DNA of 64,000 nucleotides from Lytechinus pictus. Taxonomy: Eukaryota. The stretch spans positions 6,388,001 to 6,452,000 of the forward strand of contig NC_087246.1 in assembly GCF_037042905.1 (NCBI RefSeq), in the 5' to 3' direction. Both the position numbers and the translations under genes were made by a program. This document shows positions 15,553-30,000 of this stretch, in pieces (within the stretch, counting starts at the first letter, position 1; every line of letters begins with the position of its first letter). The notes beneath the pieces were generated by a model. That model saw only the letters and a program-made list of their open reading frames with translations. It was not told the DNA's origin and did no database searches.

Positions 15553-17146
15553 TTAAGAGAGAGAGAGAGATGCGTGAGTGACGACTTTTCATTGCGAGAT
15601 ATCAAGAAACTGCAGATAATATCATTTCTCAAAAAGATAATATTTACTTTTCATTAGTATGAAATTGCTATTTCAAATTTCCTTAAACATGCTCTTGCCT
15701 ATATTTTCTTGGAGAATTCAAAGTTCAGTAAAAAGACGGCTTTATCACTCCCGCCACTTCTGTCAAATAACTTTTGACCCATAAAGTTATATCCATAACG
15801 CTCCACTGGTCGACTGAGTACTTGTGCATATCAATTACGTAATTGATTGCCCGTTGTCATGGGAACAGGATGATGTTGTAAGGCAAGCACCATTATGAAA
15901 ACCGTAACCTATATTGGTAAATGTAACTTGAATATCATGTTCAGAATTACACACACTAGGTTTACGTAAGCTTGTTACTGATTGATAAAACAATGGTAAA
16001 AAAGGAGTCAAACCCTTACAAATAATAAAAGAGTGTCACAAAAAGTCCTCAATGTGTTGATGTTTTTCTCTTTGTCTCATTGTCTCATTTAAGAAACTCC
16101 TGCAATCGTTGGAATGTTTCAAAATATTTCATCATCATGGATACATCTTTAGAGTGATATGTAACATGTTATCTCCATTAAGGAGTGACATTGCGTGAGT
16201 ATGGTAAACATACGTTGATACTTATGAAATAGCATCGAGTGTCTTTAAATAATGATGATAAGATATTACCCAATGAAATGATGACTAAACAGCATAATGT
16301 GCCATGTAAATAAAGTGAAAGTCGTTTTTTCCCCCAAACTTTCTTCCATCACGAGACAAATTAATATATTCTGTCAAGATCTAAGGCCTCTCGTCTCCTT
16401 TGCAATTATGAGATGTTTGCTTATGGATAATTTTCATGAAAAAAAGGAGGAAAAAGTACACTAACACAATAATTTTGAATAGATTAATGAAAATGAATAA
16501 CCATTAACTACAACTTAGAGACTTGCGCGCAGGCAAGGACACAGTATATCCCAACCATAGAGATTATTGTCGATATGGTCCAAACACCAACATCAGCCCA
16601 CCAAAACCACCCACACCCACGCTGATAGATTGAACGGAAGGAGGGAAATAGATCAGGTAAGTCGTGATCGTAATTGTGCATATCTCAAACCTGTCAAAAG
16701 TAATAACATCCCTTTCGTTTGACACTCTTATACCTTTTATAGAGAGAATGAGGGAAAGAAACTCTTACAACCAACATTTTTGTTCAATTCAAGTTCATCA
16801 CCTCACCGGACTTTGACCATCCGGCTGTCCGCCATTTTGTTCAATTATCTGACCATTCAATCTTAAGGAGGGTTTCAAGACCCAGGTTTTCTTTACCTTC
16901 ATAGATAGACAACGTCAAGTTCAGGCTGTCTAAGATTAAACAGCTGATAGAGATATTGTTTCTGATTCTTCCTCGATAAGTTCTTACTCATAGCAATTAC
17001 TCTCTTTGAAGTTTAACAAGGGGTGTGAGTATTAGCTTGCGTTTCCTCTCTAGAGGTGCCTGTTACAGCTTCTTGATAAATATTCGGTTCATTTCCTATT
17101 GCTGTATTAAAGGTATATACATAAGGTATATATATATTTTTATGTG

Positions 17147-17148
17147 TG

Positions 17149-17195
<47 letters not shown>
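17147..17195. repeat. (TA)n microsatellite
   Basis: Direct reading; a second TA run lies at ~17319-17342. Confidence 0.95.
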
Positions 17196-17199
<4 letters not shown>

Positions 17200-17287
17200 G
17201 AGGCAAAGTGGTAATGCATTGTACTTTGTTCCAACAGTTTATTTGGAACAAAGTACAATGCATTACCACTTTGCCTCATTAATATAT
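17190..17287. repeat. Perfect inverted repeat, 45-bp arms with 8-nt spacer
   Basis: ATATATTAATGAGGCAAAGTGGTAATGCATTGTACTTTGTTCCAA-cagtttat-exact reverse complement. Confidence 0.95.
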
Positions 17288-20200
17288 TCTATGTCCAACA
17301 CGCGGAACGTAATATCGTTATATATATATATATATATATATAGGTGCTTTTGATGTTTCAGAGAAGTTAAACATGTTTTAATGTCTTCAGGAATGTTTTA
17401 ATGTCTTCAGGAAGACTGTATTATGAATTAGATGACGATATAACGGCTAATTCAAATTTGATTTAAAAAAAAAAAAACATATGATTTGAGTTCATTCAAA
17501 CCTTCAAAAAATGCAAGCAAAGTCAAATTTTATGACAGATATAATTTGAATTCATTCCGACCTTGATAAAACACGGGGAAACATTGGGGGGAACTCGATA
17601 AGCAAAAGATTACATTTAATTTGTTCAAAGAGTCTTGGGTAATTTTATGAACGTTCATCGTCTGATGTAAACCAAATTCCATGCATCATTTTCTCGTTCG
17701 CAAAAAAAAATAGAACCTTTAAATCAAGGAAGAAAAACTTGGGATAGAATTAATGGTACAAACTTAAAAAAACAAGGGCTAGAACTAGAGGGAGAATAAA
17801 CACGGAACGCATTAAGATGGCGATAAATCGGTTTATAACCCTCTAGCTGATAAGGAATGTAAAGCAGGAGGCCTCATTGATCAAAGAGGTAGATTAATCC
17901 AAACTCTTTGAAGTAGTTGATATGTACTTGACGGATTTAACCTGACGACCTGACTACGGGGAACGAATATAGACAAAGAAAGAATATCACATAATGAAGA
18001 ATTTCAAGGGAAATTCTGAAAAAGCAGATACTGATGTGAATGAAAGCGACAGGAATTGGTGTTAATGAATCAATATAATGAAAACCAACTAAAGACTGGT
18101 CTGGGCAACCTATCAGGTTAGTCAAGATAATATCAGGAACCTATAAAAAGTCAATATCTACATAATTTCAGTTATTCTAGGAAGGAACAGATTATGTTAC
18201 AAAAAAGTTGGTAGAAATCTGTATTCAAAGAACCCCATTTGGTTTGAGGTAAACTTATGCTAAAATGAGAATGTAGTGCAAATAACGACGTTTGTATCTT
18301 TATAGAGGTTATTGCTACCTTAGGTCAGAACACTTCCTTCGGCAGAGAGTAAAATAAAACATAAAACGGTCTTGTTTACATGCTTGACTCGGTGTGACCT
18401 CATCTTGTTGAGATCTTTAAACATGACCGTGCATATATATTTCCGCACAAGTGATGTCACAGATCACGTCACTGCTAATTTTTGCCGTCCGCGTTTCAGA
18501 ATAATGCGATTATAATAAATTAGTACCGGATCGCCAATATTCGGGTGTCAGTGCGTTTTTTAGCTCTGATATTATTAACGGACATATATTTTATATTTAT
18601 AAGTAGAAAAAAATCAAACTGAAAGTAATTGTTAGATTAAATATCAAGCGATAGAATAAAGAGAAAAGTTATTTTCTTATTTCACATCAAAACAGTTGAA
18701 TAACATTAAAACAAAACAAATTCATTTTTTTAATCAATGCATTTTGAACATGATGATGCAACTATGTTCCCAAAATTATGTTATATTATACATGTGAAAT
18801 ATGAAATAAAAACCCGCAAAATCTTCCTATTAATCATGTATATATACGTATAAGTAAAAGAATAAGTGTTAATACCTAGTATTGATCTGTATACAGGAAA
18901 TGAGGTTCAAATTTGAGCCTAAGTAGTTGGTACAATAGCAGCACTCAAAAGAGTGACTATCGACCACGACTATAGTAAAAAACATTTCATGTGGGTGCAA
19001 ATTTAAAATGTAAAATATTATAAAGAGGTGCAGAGTTTCAACTTTTAGAGTACAAAGGAACATTCTCTGGTGGAAATAATGTTGTTACTTAATTGCTGTA
19101 CCTATTTATCCACTTAAGGTAAATTCATAGCACAAAGGTATACAGGTAGTGTTTCATACAGAGTGTAAACTTTACACTTGGACTATCAATGGTAGATATG
19201 AACTGAGTGTAACACAATAATTTGAGACCCTAGATGCCTGCTTACTGGATTTTTTTTTTCGAAATTCGTTCTTTCGCTGATTTTGTAGTAGTTAATATTT
19301 CACAATAAAAAAAAAAATTTATGCAGTATCGTTTGGCGAGATACTTCCAGCATCTACAACTCTCAAGCAAGCTCACATTATTACCTAGTGGAATGAAATC
19401 CTTCTTGTTTTAAGAAATACATAACATATTCCAAGTTGTACAACATTCTTCCTAAATTTACAACAAGTATTACTGAAGGACTTTGTGTATCCTCTTAACT
19501 GAATCTTGGCTCATCCTCCTCTAAAAAAAACCACCTAAAAACAAAACCTAGTGTCCATTTCTTCCGTTGTAGACTACCTGCTTGGCGACTTCTGTCCCTT
19601 CCAAAATAAGCCAAACAAAGAGATAAAAGTCAAACCTTTCACTATCCGTCCATCTGTGACGTAATAATACATCGGTATCCTATTCCTCGTGAAAGGGTTT
19701 TTTAAAAGGTTCAACCCAGAACGGAACTTTTTAACGGTGCCCTGACCTTTTGAAACAACGGACTTCAATAAACTGAGAGGGTTCCTAAATTGAAACTAAT
19801 TGAAACAAATGAAATTTTAAGATAAGGCTGAGCAGCCGATAAATGCATAATATTCTGATAAAATGTGACTCTTCGTGATTCAAGCACTACCTTAAAAGAG
19901 GGTTAACACTTTCAAATGTTTTCGATCAAGATTTTTTTTAAGTTAATGTTGATATAAACGGTGAGCTTTGAAAAGTCACAGGGGTCAAACAAGAATAAAA
20001 CATTAAGCATGTTCGTTGTCCCTCTCTCTTTGTCCAGGGAAAAAATTCACAATGACATCACAATAGATTCCTACCTACGTTCATCAATTTTCAATTATGG
20101 AGTCGTTATGCTGAGCGAGTGAACTAGTGAACTCCCTCTTCCTAAAGTCATTTCAAGAGAAATCACCGAGTCCAGATTAGGCAATATTGCGAATAAGGGG

Positions 20201-22454
20201 TATGGACCTGGACACTTTAGAATGGAAAGTGCAAAAGAATTAAATGATTTCAACAATTTTCCCTGTTTCATCAGTACATAATGGCATCATGATAAAACAT
20301 GATGACGTTGGGGTTTAACGTAGTGTAGTGTCAAAGAGAGAATTAGATATGAGTTGGACATTGAATAACATGTATCCGTCTTGTGACCGTGAGTGACTCG
20401 TACAAATCGACAGTTATATTTGTTTTCCTGAATCATTCGCTACTATTCACTTCTCATATTTCAATTTCCCCGCGAGTTTTCAAACTTCATAATCTTTGAA
20501 AGCACTGGAATCAACTTCAACATATCGAATCCGAATTTTCAGTCTGAAATTTTATTATCTAAGGGCAATCACATACAACTTCGAAATAATTGTTATACAT
20601 AAAAAATTTGTTTACATGCCATTCCAGAAATATATCGTTGCATTCGAAACCCGAGGAAAGTTATATATTTAGAATTGAACTGTATTTGTCCAATATTTCT
20701 GTTTTATCATAACAGTTCGATACTATAACATCACTGTGAATATTACTATAAAGAGCTAACATGCAAAAGAGACTAAATCCACTTTTATCATTTGGCATAT
20801 TTTTGCATGTTAAATAGACATTCACCGTGTGCATTGAACTGACCATAGTCCAACTCCCCAAAATTTTAAGAAATTTACGTTTTCATGCAAAAAGGACTAA
20901 ATCCCAAATACTTTTCGTGCAAAAGGGACTAAATCCACTTTTTTGCTCATTTTTCATTGATCTTTTTTTAAAAACCCAACACTATGTTTCCATTCAGGAA
21001 GTTCTCTTATTAAGAGTCATCAAATAGGTGACAAATAGAAATTTCACTATGTGAGTTTTCACATCAGTTTTATTCTACAACCCATTCGTTTACAAGATTT
21101 TCAGGTATCAGAATGAAATATTTTTAATCGAAAATTTCTACCTATTATTTTAACTGAACGAGCTACAAGGAGTTGAACAAAATATTTACCTAAGTATACT
21201 TATTTAGGATAAGAATATATTAAAGTATGTTAATGTAAATCAGTATCTTCAAAACCTGGACAATTTATTCAATACTCAGATTATAGTGTTACCTCACTAA
21301 ATGAAATGAATAACATTAAACACCTAGTCCTGAACACGAAAATTACAACTGAAGTGAATACAGTATATCTATTTCTTCACTTTTAAAAAGGGGGTAGCAC
21401 TTTTTATTGGGTGTGCATAATTATTTATGATAATAATGTCACTCCACGAGCGATCGAATGGCCTTGTATTTGAAAGTACTTTCTTTCTACTCTATACTTT
21501 ATCTCATTTTGATCAAGATATCTTAAAACCTGGTTGGAAGGAAAATAAATACTTTTCTTCATCATGATTTAGGAGGATTCTGTTGTATTTGCCTAGAGTA
21601 GTCCCACGACTCAAACTAAACTTCGATTGCTTATGTAGGCGATCGACAAACCTGAATTAATTTCCGCCCAGAAATGTAGCAGCTCTCTATCGTTCGATTT
21701 GTCATCTGTCCAGTGTCAAGTTCTCTACAAGGCCTTCATCGTTCTATTTGATAAGCGAAAATCATGGAAACACAACAATACTAGTTTTCATTTTCATATT
21801 GGTATCTGACTTGGTTTCAAACCAATATTTTTATCTTTCGAATATTGACATTTAAATAGTGTAACAGAAAGGATGATGATATAACTTCCCTTGGGAATGT
21901 TCGAATCCTATTTCTGTATTAACAAAATAGGACAATCTTTCCTCATATAAATCGAAATCCCGTGTTGCATTGCCTGTTTAAACATTCTCCTCCTTCCCCA
22001 TCAAACTTTACTTCAAATATTCCCCCAGGACGTCGCTCATATCGTTGCATTATTATCTAGGGCGCGCTCCAAATTAATGTCTGTGTTGTATATTTATGTT
22101 TCCATCACATTCGATCATCTTCTTATTTGACTGAAACAGGTTTCCACTTAATTTTACAACTGAGCTGGAACACGTATATTCATTTCTAAAGAACACGAAG
22201 GAAGTGCATCGTTTTTTTCTCCAGTATCTATTCGAATACACATATATTAAAAAAAAACATTTCATTAAAACATCGTTGATATTTCATTGCTATATTTGTT
22301 TATATCACCTGTGCATCGTAAACAAAATTATGCGTCATTTTTTTTAATAATTGCTGAATTTATTTGAAGAAAACAAAAGGAGGATCTATGAGGGAAGAAT
22401 AATGCTGGGATATTATGTGAGTTCACAAAATAAGCTGCTTAACTACTGATGCCT

Positions 22455-22659
22455 CGGCTTCCCGCAAGAAGGGACTAAAGAATAACGTTTACTATTCTTT
22501 GTTTTATTTCAAATATTGAAAGCTTACATCGTAGGCTACCCGATGATGGAAACATTATTTTGAAATTTCAAGTGAAATTCAAAATATCAGCAAATTAAAA
22601 AGGGCATACATAAAAGTAATCGTAAAAGTTATCCTTCAGTCCCTTCTTGCTGGAAGCCG
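22455..22659. mobile_element. MITE-like element with ~38-bp terminal inverted repeats
   Basis: CGGCTTCCCGCAAGAAGGGACTAAAGAATAAC.. / ..GTTATCCTTCAGTCCCTTCTTGCTGGAAGCCG; target duplication not clear. Confidence 0.65.
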
Positions 22660-25075
22660 TATGGTGATTAATACTTTTAATCGGATATTAGATTTGGAGT
22701 GTCAGGAAAGTTCAATGTTTAATTATTTTAAAGCTCGGGGCTGAAACACCGAGCGACATTGAATTGTCGATATCTCTGTACTGAAAGGAAGTGTGTCATT
22801 CATAATAATAAAGGTCGGTTGGAGATGACACTAAGTTGAAACACTGGACAACAAGTTCAAACATTCCCGTTTTGGATGCGGTCAAGATGTCAGAAATTAC
22901 TGGTCACTTGATCACAGAGAATGGAGCAAGATTCATAAAGATAGAAAAGGCAAACCTGTGGAAGGGAGTTTTTCAATCAACCTGCCTTTCTTTGAAGTTG
23001 AGCGAATTAATGAGACATTTGATCTTGAATTTACGGCGCCGTTTGTGTGGCCGAGAGTGGATTGTTAAAAGGTAGAAGCAGTAAAGAGTGTGCAGCTGTG
23101 ACCGGTAATACAAGCCATGAAACGGTCAAAGCACTTCTCATGGAGGTCTTCAGTATCACTTGGCGTATCAGTCACTGCTTCTGGGCATTTCATTCGTCGC
23201 ATAATGATCGCTCATTGGCCTATCAAGCCAATCACGTGCTAATGAATTCAATGTAAGCGTATTATATGAAAGGAAATGGCGTCGTTCAAGGTATGGCAAT
23301 CGATTGCCCCCTCAAATGTCGATAAGACTCTATTATATGATCTTCTTAGGAAAAAAAGGAGGTGCAATCGAAAAATGAACATCGATACCAATCAGTTGAA
23401 TTCTTATCCAAAAATAAAATTTGCATAATTATGGTGGTGTGTAGTCGGTGTTTGGGCGTGTATGATTTACTCAGATATGAAAATGAGATAATCCCATGAT
23501 AGTACACGTATCATCAAAACAACATTCAGCATTCCGTTATTAATTTGTTGGTTTGGGGCAGACAATAACCTATACTTGCTCATGCTCTTCTAATAATTTA
23601 ATTGAAAATATAATTGAGGAATGTGGTTTATTCTGCATGAGCAGATATTATCGTCTGAGTTTGAAAAAAAGAGTAGCAATTATTTACATCTCTCTCTAGG
23701 GCATCAGATAACGGAATAAAGAGGCATATACCTCGATCCATCAATTATGAAATAATCATGTTTACAAAGTCAACAGATCTCAAAGTTTAATTCTACTTCA
23801 TGCCCAAGAAACATAAATCATGTGAATGATTTCCCATATCCACTCACGAAAAACGTTTTAAAATTCTCCCTCAAACTCAAGCGCAGATATCATTGCAACT
23901 ATTCAGGATTCTCCACACTGAAGCATCATGGGAAAACTATGCAATCACGTGAACAAATCTCTAATACACGATCATGTCTCGAGGCACTAAGGGGGATAGG
24001 CGTGGGAGACTGGACGTACGCCCTTTTGTGGCAAACATCGGAACGTGTTTAGTCTCCTTGCTACTGTTTTGATTTTGATTTACTATCGAAAGGTTCCCGA
24101 TAATGAATTTCAATATGAATAGCACATACACGTTATTCCTTTAATTGTTACGATAGTATTTTTCTTTCATTGCTTCACGTTTTCCTTTAAATTCTATGAA
24201 CTAAAAAAGGAAATAGATTGACTTTACAAGGTAAAGTATTTGCGAATTAATTTCAAGGTTTCAGTCGCGTTTACGCGGGATTTGATGATTATAAAATTTA
24301 AAAAATAATTACCATTGAATGTAAGATACCGATGCATTAAGAATGGACTTAATGTGCGTAGATTTTCTTCTTTTCTCTGAGGTAGTTTGCATGATTCAGG
24401 TTTCTGATGCATAAAAAAATATTTGATTAAAATTTCGCAAAATGTGATATTTTGTCCTTAATGTGTTATATAACATTTATATAAGGCATCTATCATTTAA
24501 TCTCGAAAGGTTTCATACAAAATTATACTAATCACCCCCTTCTTTCACACATGCGCAGATCGCAATCAATAAATCATAATATCTATGTATTCATGCCTGA
24601 TTAATACACACTTATTACGATAAAAAAATAATTATAGCAATTGATTTATAACTCCTACTTTTTTTAAAAACATGTGGATATTAAATAGTTTTGTTTTAAT
24701 TCTTTTTTACCAGTGAATACCACCTCTTCATTCATATAAGATTCTGGTTCTAAGTTCGACTAAAATTCGAAACATAAAAAAATAATTATTCAAAGGAATT
24801 ATTAATGATAAGATTTTAACAATTTGACAGGTTTTGTTTGACTTATTAGATTTTAAAATGGAAATCATAAGTAAAAATGATTCCAACAACTTAAGGGTAA
24901 AGAATAAATTCAAAAAATAAAAGTATAAGAAAGAATATTAAGTGATTAAATATTGTCTTGTATCAATATCAATGCCAGATGATTTGACAAGCATGTCATC
25001 ATGAGGTAAAAATATTTGAATCGTGATAATGATTGAAGTGTCATCCTTAGATCGAGATACCAAGGTATCAAACCT

Positions 25076-25326
25076 GGGCTCCATCTTACAAAGAGTTACG
25101 ATTGATCCGATCAATCGTAACTATGGAAAGCCAGCAATGTCAACAAAATATTTATTAGAAAAGATGTAAATTCATACATTCAATGTTTTCTTGACAATTC
25201 AGTATGCTTCTTTCTGTTTTCATAGGACACTGAGCAAATTTCCTAAAGAAAAAAATTATGACGTTAATGGATTCCCATATACTTGAGATTGATTGGATCA
25301 ATCGTAACTCGTTGTAAGACGGGCCC
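25076..25326. mobile_element. PIF/Harbinger-like MITE
   Basis: TIRs GGGCTCCATCTTACAAAGAGTTACGATTGATCC / GGATCAATCGTAACTCGTTGTAAGACGGGCCC, with CTG-like flanks. Confidence 0.7.
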
Positions 25327-26619
25327 CTGAATGACCTTATCATTCTCATGTTACCATGACAACATCATTTATGAAGGAAGTCATGTGAAATCAAGGATAG
25401 ACAGAGGAAGAGCAGAGGGCTTCTAACAAATATCCCAGTCAATACTAAACAAAATTTCACCTTCTCTTTATTCATCTGGTGGCATTAAATAAAATGGTAA
25501 AGTGTGAACAGCAATCGATAAACATTTTAGTAAATGTCAACTATTAACAACCCATTAACAGAATTCAATATGGTTTTTAATAGTAATATTGTTCTACGAT
25601 GTTATACAGCAATTCATATTAATGAAAGACAAAGCTATAAAGTTGAATGCTCTTATATATCGCACCTTTCCAATCCTAGGGTAATCTCTTTGCACAAAGC
25701 ACCTTTTTTGTTTCAGAGTTAAATCATATTCTAGTATGATTCATGTTTACAACTATCTCATTAATTTTGTCAGTTTTAACTTGATTTTTTTTCTCTCTCT
25801 CATGATAATGTACGTTACTCCCTACATCTTGTACAAGAAAAGTTATGTTTATCTGTCTTTACTTGGAGTCCCTTTCTTTATCAGTCCTTGTCCACAGACT
25901 GTTGATGGTACAGTGGTCGAACATGTGTCAAATAAAAGAATATTGAACTTGGATTATTAAGTTTGCCAATATTCTAGCTTCCGGCAACCACTTGAACATT
26001 ATACTACCGTTCTTACACATCTGAATGAAACTAAAAACATGAATGTATTTTGATATCATGAAAAGGATTTTTCAGGTTTTTGCTTACTGCCAGAGATGTT
26101 GACCTCGCCGATTATTCATTATTTGAGAAAGATTAATATGAATATTTTAACAGCGCTTCTGTTGATCGGGTTACCTTCATGATGTCACTGACTTATCGGT
26201 GCAAACTTAGCTAGTTAAAAGTTACTTGAAAGGTGAAAGCAACAGGGAAATGTATTTATATATTATTAAGACAGTATAAGATAGAAAGGGATCAACTATA
26301 ATTGCTGTTATATATGCCAAGTGACTGTCTGATCCAGACTATGGTGAGTTTTCCATCTACTTGTGCATCTATCTCAGTCGATTGTTTGTTACTCTTAACG
26401 GGTCAAGTCAGTTAAATTATTTTGGTAATTCAAGAGGTTTTTTCTAAATATTTTTAGAAATACTGATGGATAGTGAGAAATGGACTTAGGCAATACAACA
26501 AGGTTGTACAACCAGGTATATCACCAGCTGTGCATGGTTTCAATCCAAGATACACCAATAATGTTAAACAGGAACTGGACTATTCTGTTTGAAATGATAC
26601 TATAGTAGTACATATACTT

Positions 26620-27080
26620 CACTGCGCTCAATGTTTGGTATCATTACCCAGTCATAGCATTCAAGGAATAATCCTACCGGGTACCCATACACATCACCTG
26701 GGTCGAGTGCAGCCAATTTGGAAAAAATCTTGCTGTATAGGAAAGTAACACCCGCCTAAATCAAAGTTCGAACCCACAACCCTCTGATTAAAGTGAGAGC
26801 GTTAGAACCACTACACCCTAAAAAAATATTGGGTGAAAATGCTCCGTGGTGGTAATTATGTGTCCAACCAACATTGGGCATTTCTTTCGGGCATTTTATT
26901 TATCCAGTGTGATAAAAAATTTGCCCATTCTAAAGTAATTGCTGCTTATTTTTTAACCTTACTAGACAATATGCTTCCCGCATTGGGTAAAATACTGCCC
27001 CGAATTGGTTGGACACATAATATCCCTCATGCTAGTTAAAATTTTACCCAATATTTTTTAGAGTGTATAATACACCATGG
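26620..27080 (-). mobile_element. tRNA-derived SINE copy interrupted by a MITE
   Basis: Minus strand reads TAGTGGTTCTAAC (A box) .. GGGTTCGAA (B box), then body GCTGCACTCGACCCAGGTGA shared with 41071-41220 and 43078-43230. Confidence 0.65.
26814..27065. mobile_element. CAC..GTG-ended palindromic MITE with 2-bp target duplication (CACTA/EnSpm-like)
   Basis: TA|CACCCTAAAAAAATATTGGGT...ACCCAATATTTTTTAGAGTG|TA; internal inverted motif TGTGTCCAACCAA/TTGGTTGGACACA. Confidence 0.8.
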
Positions 27081-30000
27081 TGTTTCTACCAACTGCATTA
27101 AACATTGTAGACCAATATTGGGACAATTATGTTTCCTTTAATGCTATTATTTTGTTCCAACTTTCCAGAAATGCTTTTTCGCGGAGCCTTTTATCATATA
27201 TGCTCATCCTAGAATCAGTCCTGAAACCTGACCATTATAATCTTTGTTTGCACAATACACGCGAGTTCTCGTTTAGCCTTGACACAGTATTAATCCATCA
27301 TTGTTTTTTTCAAATGCACTGATTGAGCTTTCATATTCAAGCCAATCAATAATTGATAAGTTTTGCATGTTTTCATAAGGTTTTTTTTAATACAAGAAAA
27401 ATGAAATACCATCAAATAAATCAGATAAAGATCATGAAGACTATTCAACAAAGGGTTCAACGAAATGAACACTTTCAACCTTCATTGCCTTACGGTTATA
27501 GAAATGGGGTGTCAGTTGTATAAAGTACACATTCGTTGTTGCTTTGTTGAGCGCTAAAACCCGATTCCGTGATAGATCATTGCTGCAAATATATTATTAG
27601 ATTGAACCTAGTAAACACGTATATTTACTTTTTTTAAATATAGGCTATAAAGTAGTCCTACCTTGTAATACAGCGAGATATCAGCCAGAAAAAAATAATA
27701 AATTCAGATGAAATCCAAGTTTTTTCTTCAATTTGTCCAAAGGTATGCATAACGTTAATTCATACCATCAACTCCAACATTTCAGTTCTCCAAAAGCCAT
27801 GTGCCTCAAACTTGGACTAGATCTTCAACTCTATCGTGAACTAGAGAGTGAAGGAGAAGAAGCATCCAAAAACAAATACCCCTGAGCCTGTCGTCAAGCG
27901 ATTCCTTTTGCTTTCTTCTAAAAGTCCTCCCCGGGAAATGGCGGCAATATTTTCCTCCCAAACAGGCGATGACGGTCTGAGAGAAAGGGATAAGAGAAGA
28001 TAGAGATGGTAGAATGTTTGATGGAGATGGTTGTTTGGAGCTGGTGTCTGGATGCAGGATGAGAAAGCTGGATGATGTTATGTTGGTAGAGGAAAGTAAG
28101 ATGAGTGGTAGTTATCTCAAGATGAGTGATGGAACGTTTTAGTCCTCTAGATTTCATGATACATCCTCATCATCATCTCATCCTCTCTCCTCATAACCCA
28201 ATATAATTCTCTTTTCACCCCATCTCTCTCTCCCCCTCTCGCTCTCTCTCCCTCTCTCTTCCTCTTCTCTATTATTCCTTATTAATCCCCTCCTTTTTTC
28301 TGTATCACCAATAATAAAGACTTCATGGTTCTCATAGATCGCGCATGATTCTTTTAAAATTCCACCATATGTTAAGAGAATGGCTGCCCAAAGGTATAGT
28401 AACTTAATATTGCTCTATCACAATTCAGCGCTGTACCAATCAGTGAAAAGGATCTTCAAAATAAATTTTCCATTCAAAACATTTAACATCAATATCCAAT
28501 TAAAAGCAAACCTTTCCCTAGAATCATCAAAACTATAGTCATGATATTACACGCAATTATCTTATTGAGAAAGCTTGAAGAAGTTGTAGGTTGATTGCTT
28601 ATTCACGATTATGCAGACTTTACTCTTACATAATGCCTTAGGTATTGTCAATTTGAACGTAAACCAACTGGAACCCAAATAAGTCATCAGTCACATAATA
28701 TTATCCTCAATACCTAGACCAATAAATGTGCCAAATATAATGTATATTTCCCGAGGAAAAGGCCTCTTTCATAGATAACGATGTCGCATTTATCGAGAAT
28801 TGAATTTCAATAGGAACATCAATGCGCTTATTATTCCATCTCTGCTTTTATTGTCAATTAAGTTTTAAAAAAAAACGCATTCTGTACATCTTTGTAAGGG
28901 TCAATGACCTTTTGTTAACTTTTATGGCGACAAGGTACGTCATTGATCTCAAAGGAGAAAAGAGCAATTATGATAGAGTATTTATATAAGAATGAATGAA
29001 AGGGCAGATAATGAAAAATACATTTCCTGATCAGAACCTCAACTGAATTTGCAAAAAAGTAAATGCGATGACGCTTCCAATCACGCAAATTCATCAAATT
29101 CTAAACAATACCTATAACGTATTACTTACCTCTTTAGAACTGTTTCGTGGCAAATTTTCTACTGATTTTCCGGAATGACGAAACAGTAATCCAACTAATT
29201 AATGTGAATTGATAGAAAATAACTTTTCGAAGTTGACACGCACAGAGGACTTTCTCACCAATCAAGCAAGATCATGAAGATACTTTCGAACGCTCCAAAG
29301 AGTTAACTATATTATGACAATGCTGACGTTTACGTTGACTTTACTTGCAGGACATGACAGGCACCATTCTCTGCGCAGATCCTGCACGCATTGGTTTAGC
29401 TGTGCATCCTTGGCGCATCCTTTTATTTTCCCGCCCAAATGATGTCGTCTGTAAGCAGACAAATTCGCTCAAGTTTGTAACAGTATTGAGTGGGTTTGAC
29501 GTCGAATGATGGACTTGAAAGCTCACTTCCACATCACGGCTGCGTATAGTTTAGCTTACGACGTATTTGTGTCATAATGCTATAACGCAGGATTGTCTCC
29601 TTTGGTTGCGTAACACCTATTTATATTATCAATTCATGGAAAATCATGGTAAAACGCATAAACTTAATAAAGGGCATCTTCATGTCTTTAAAGGTGTTTT
29701 AATATCACATAATCCATGACTTTTTAAATATCAAAGAGAGTAGAAAATTGCATGTAATTAAACACACTGTGAAAACAATGTGAACACAAATGGGATATTC
29801 ATTGATAACGTTTCGGGATAATAAACAAATATTTTTTCAAAACCAAGTGGTGTAAGTATGGAAACACTTGCTTTACAACTAAGGTATCAATGATCACCGT
29901 GGACACTGGCTTAACCTTTTAAAAACACTAATGTTATCTTTTATCGTTTTTGTCGCATTCCTGCCTGACAAGGATCTTTTAATAATTGGAAGACTGATAT

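Noticed and set aside
17372..17412. ~20-bp direct duplication ATGTTTT(T)AATGTCTTCAGGA
   Set aside because: Ordinary slippage duplication with no further structure.
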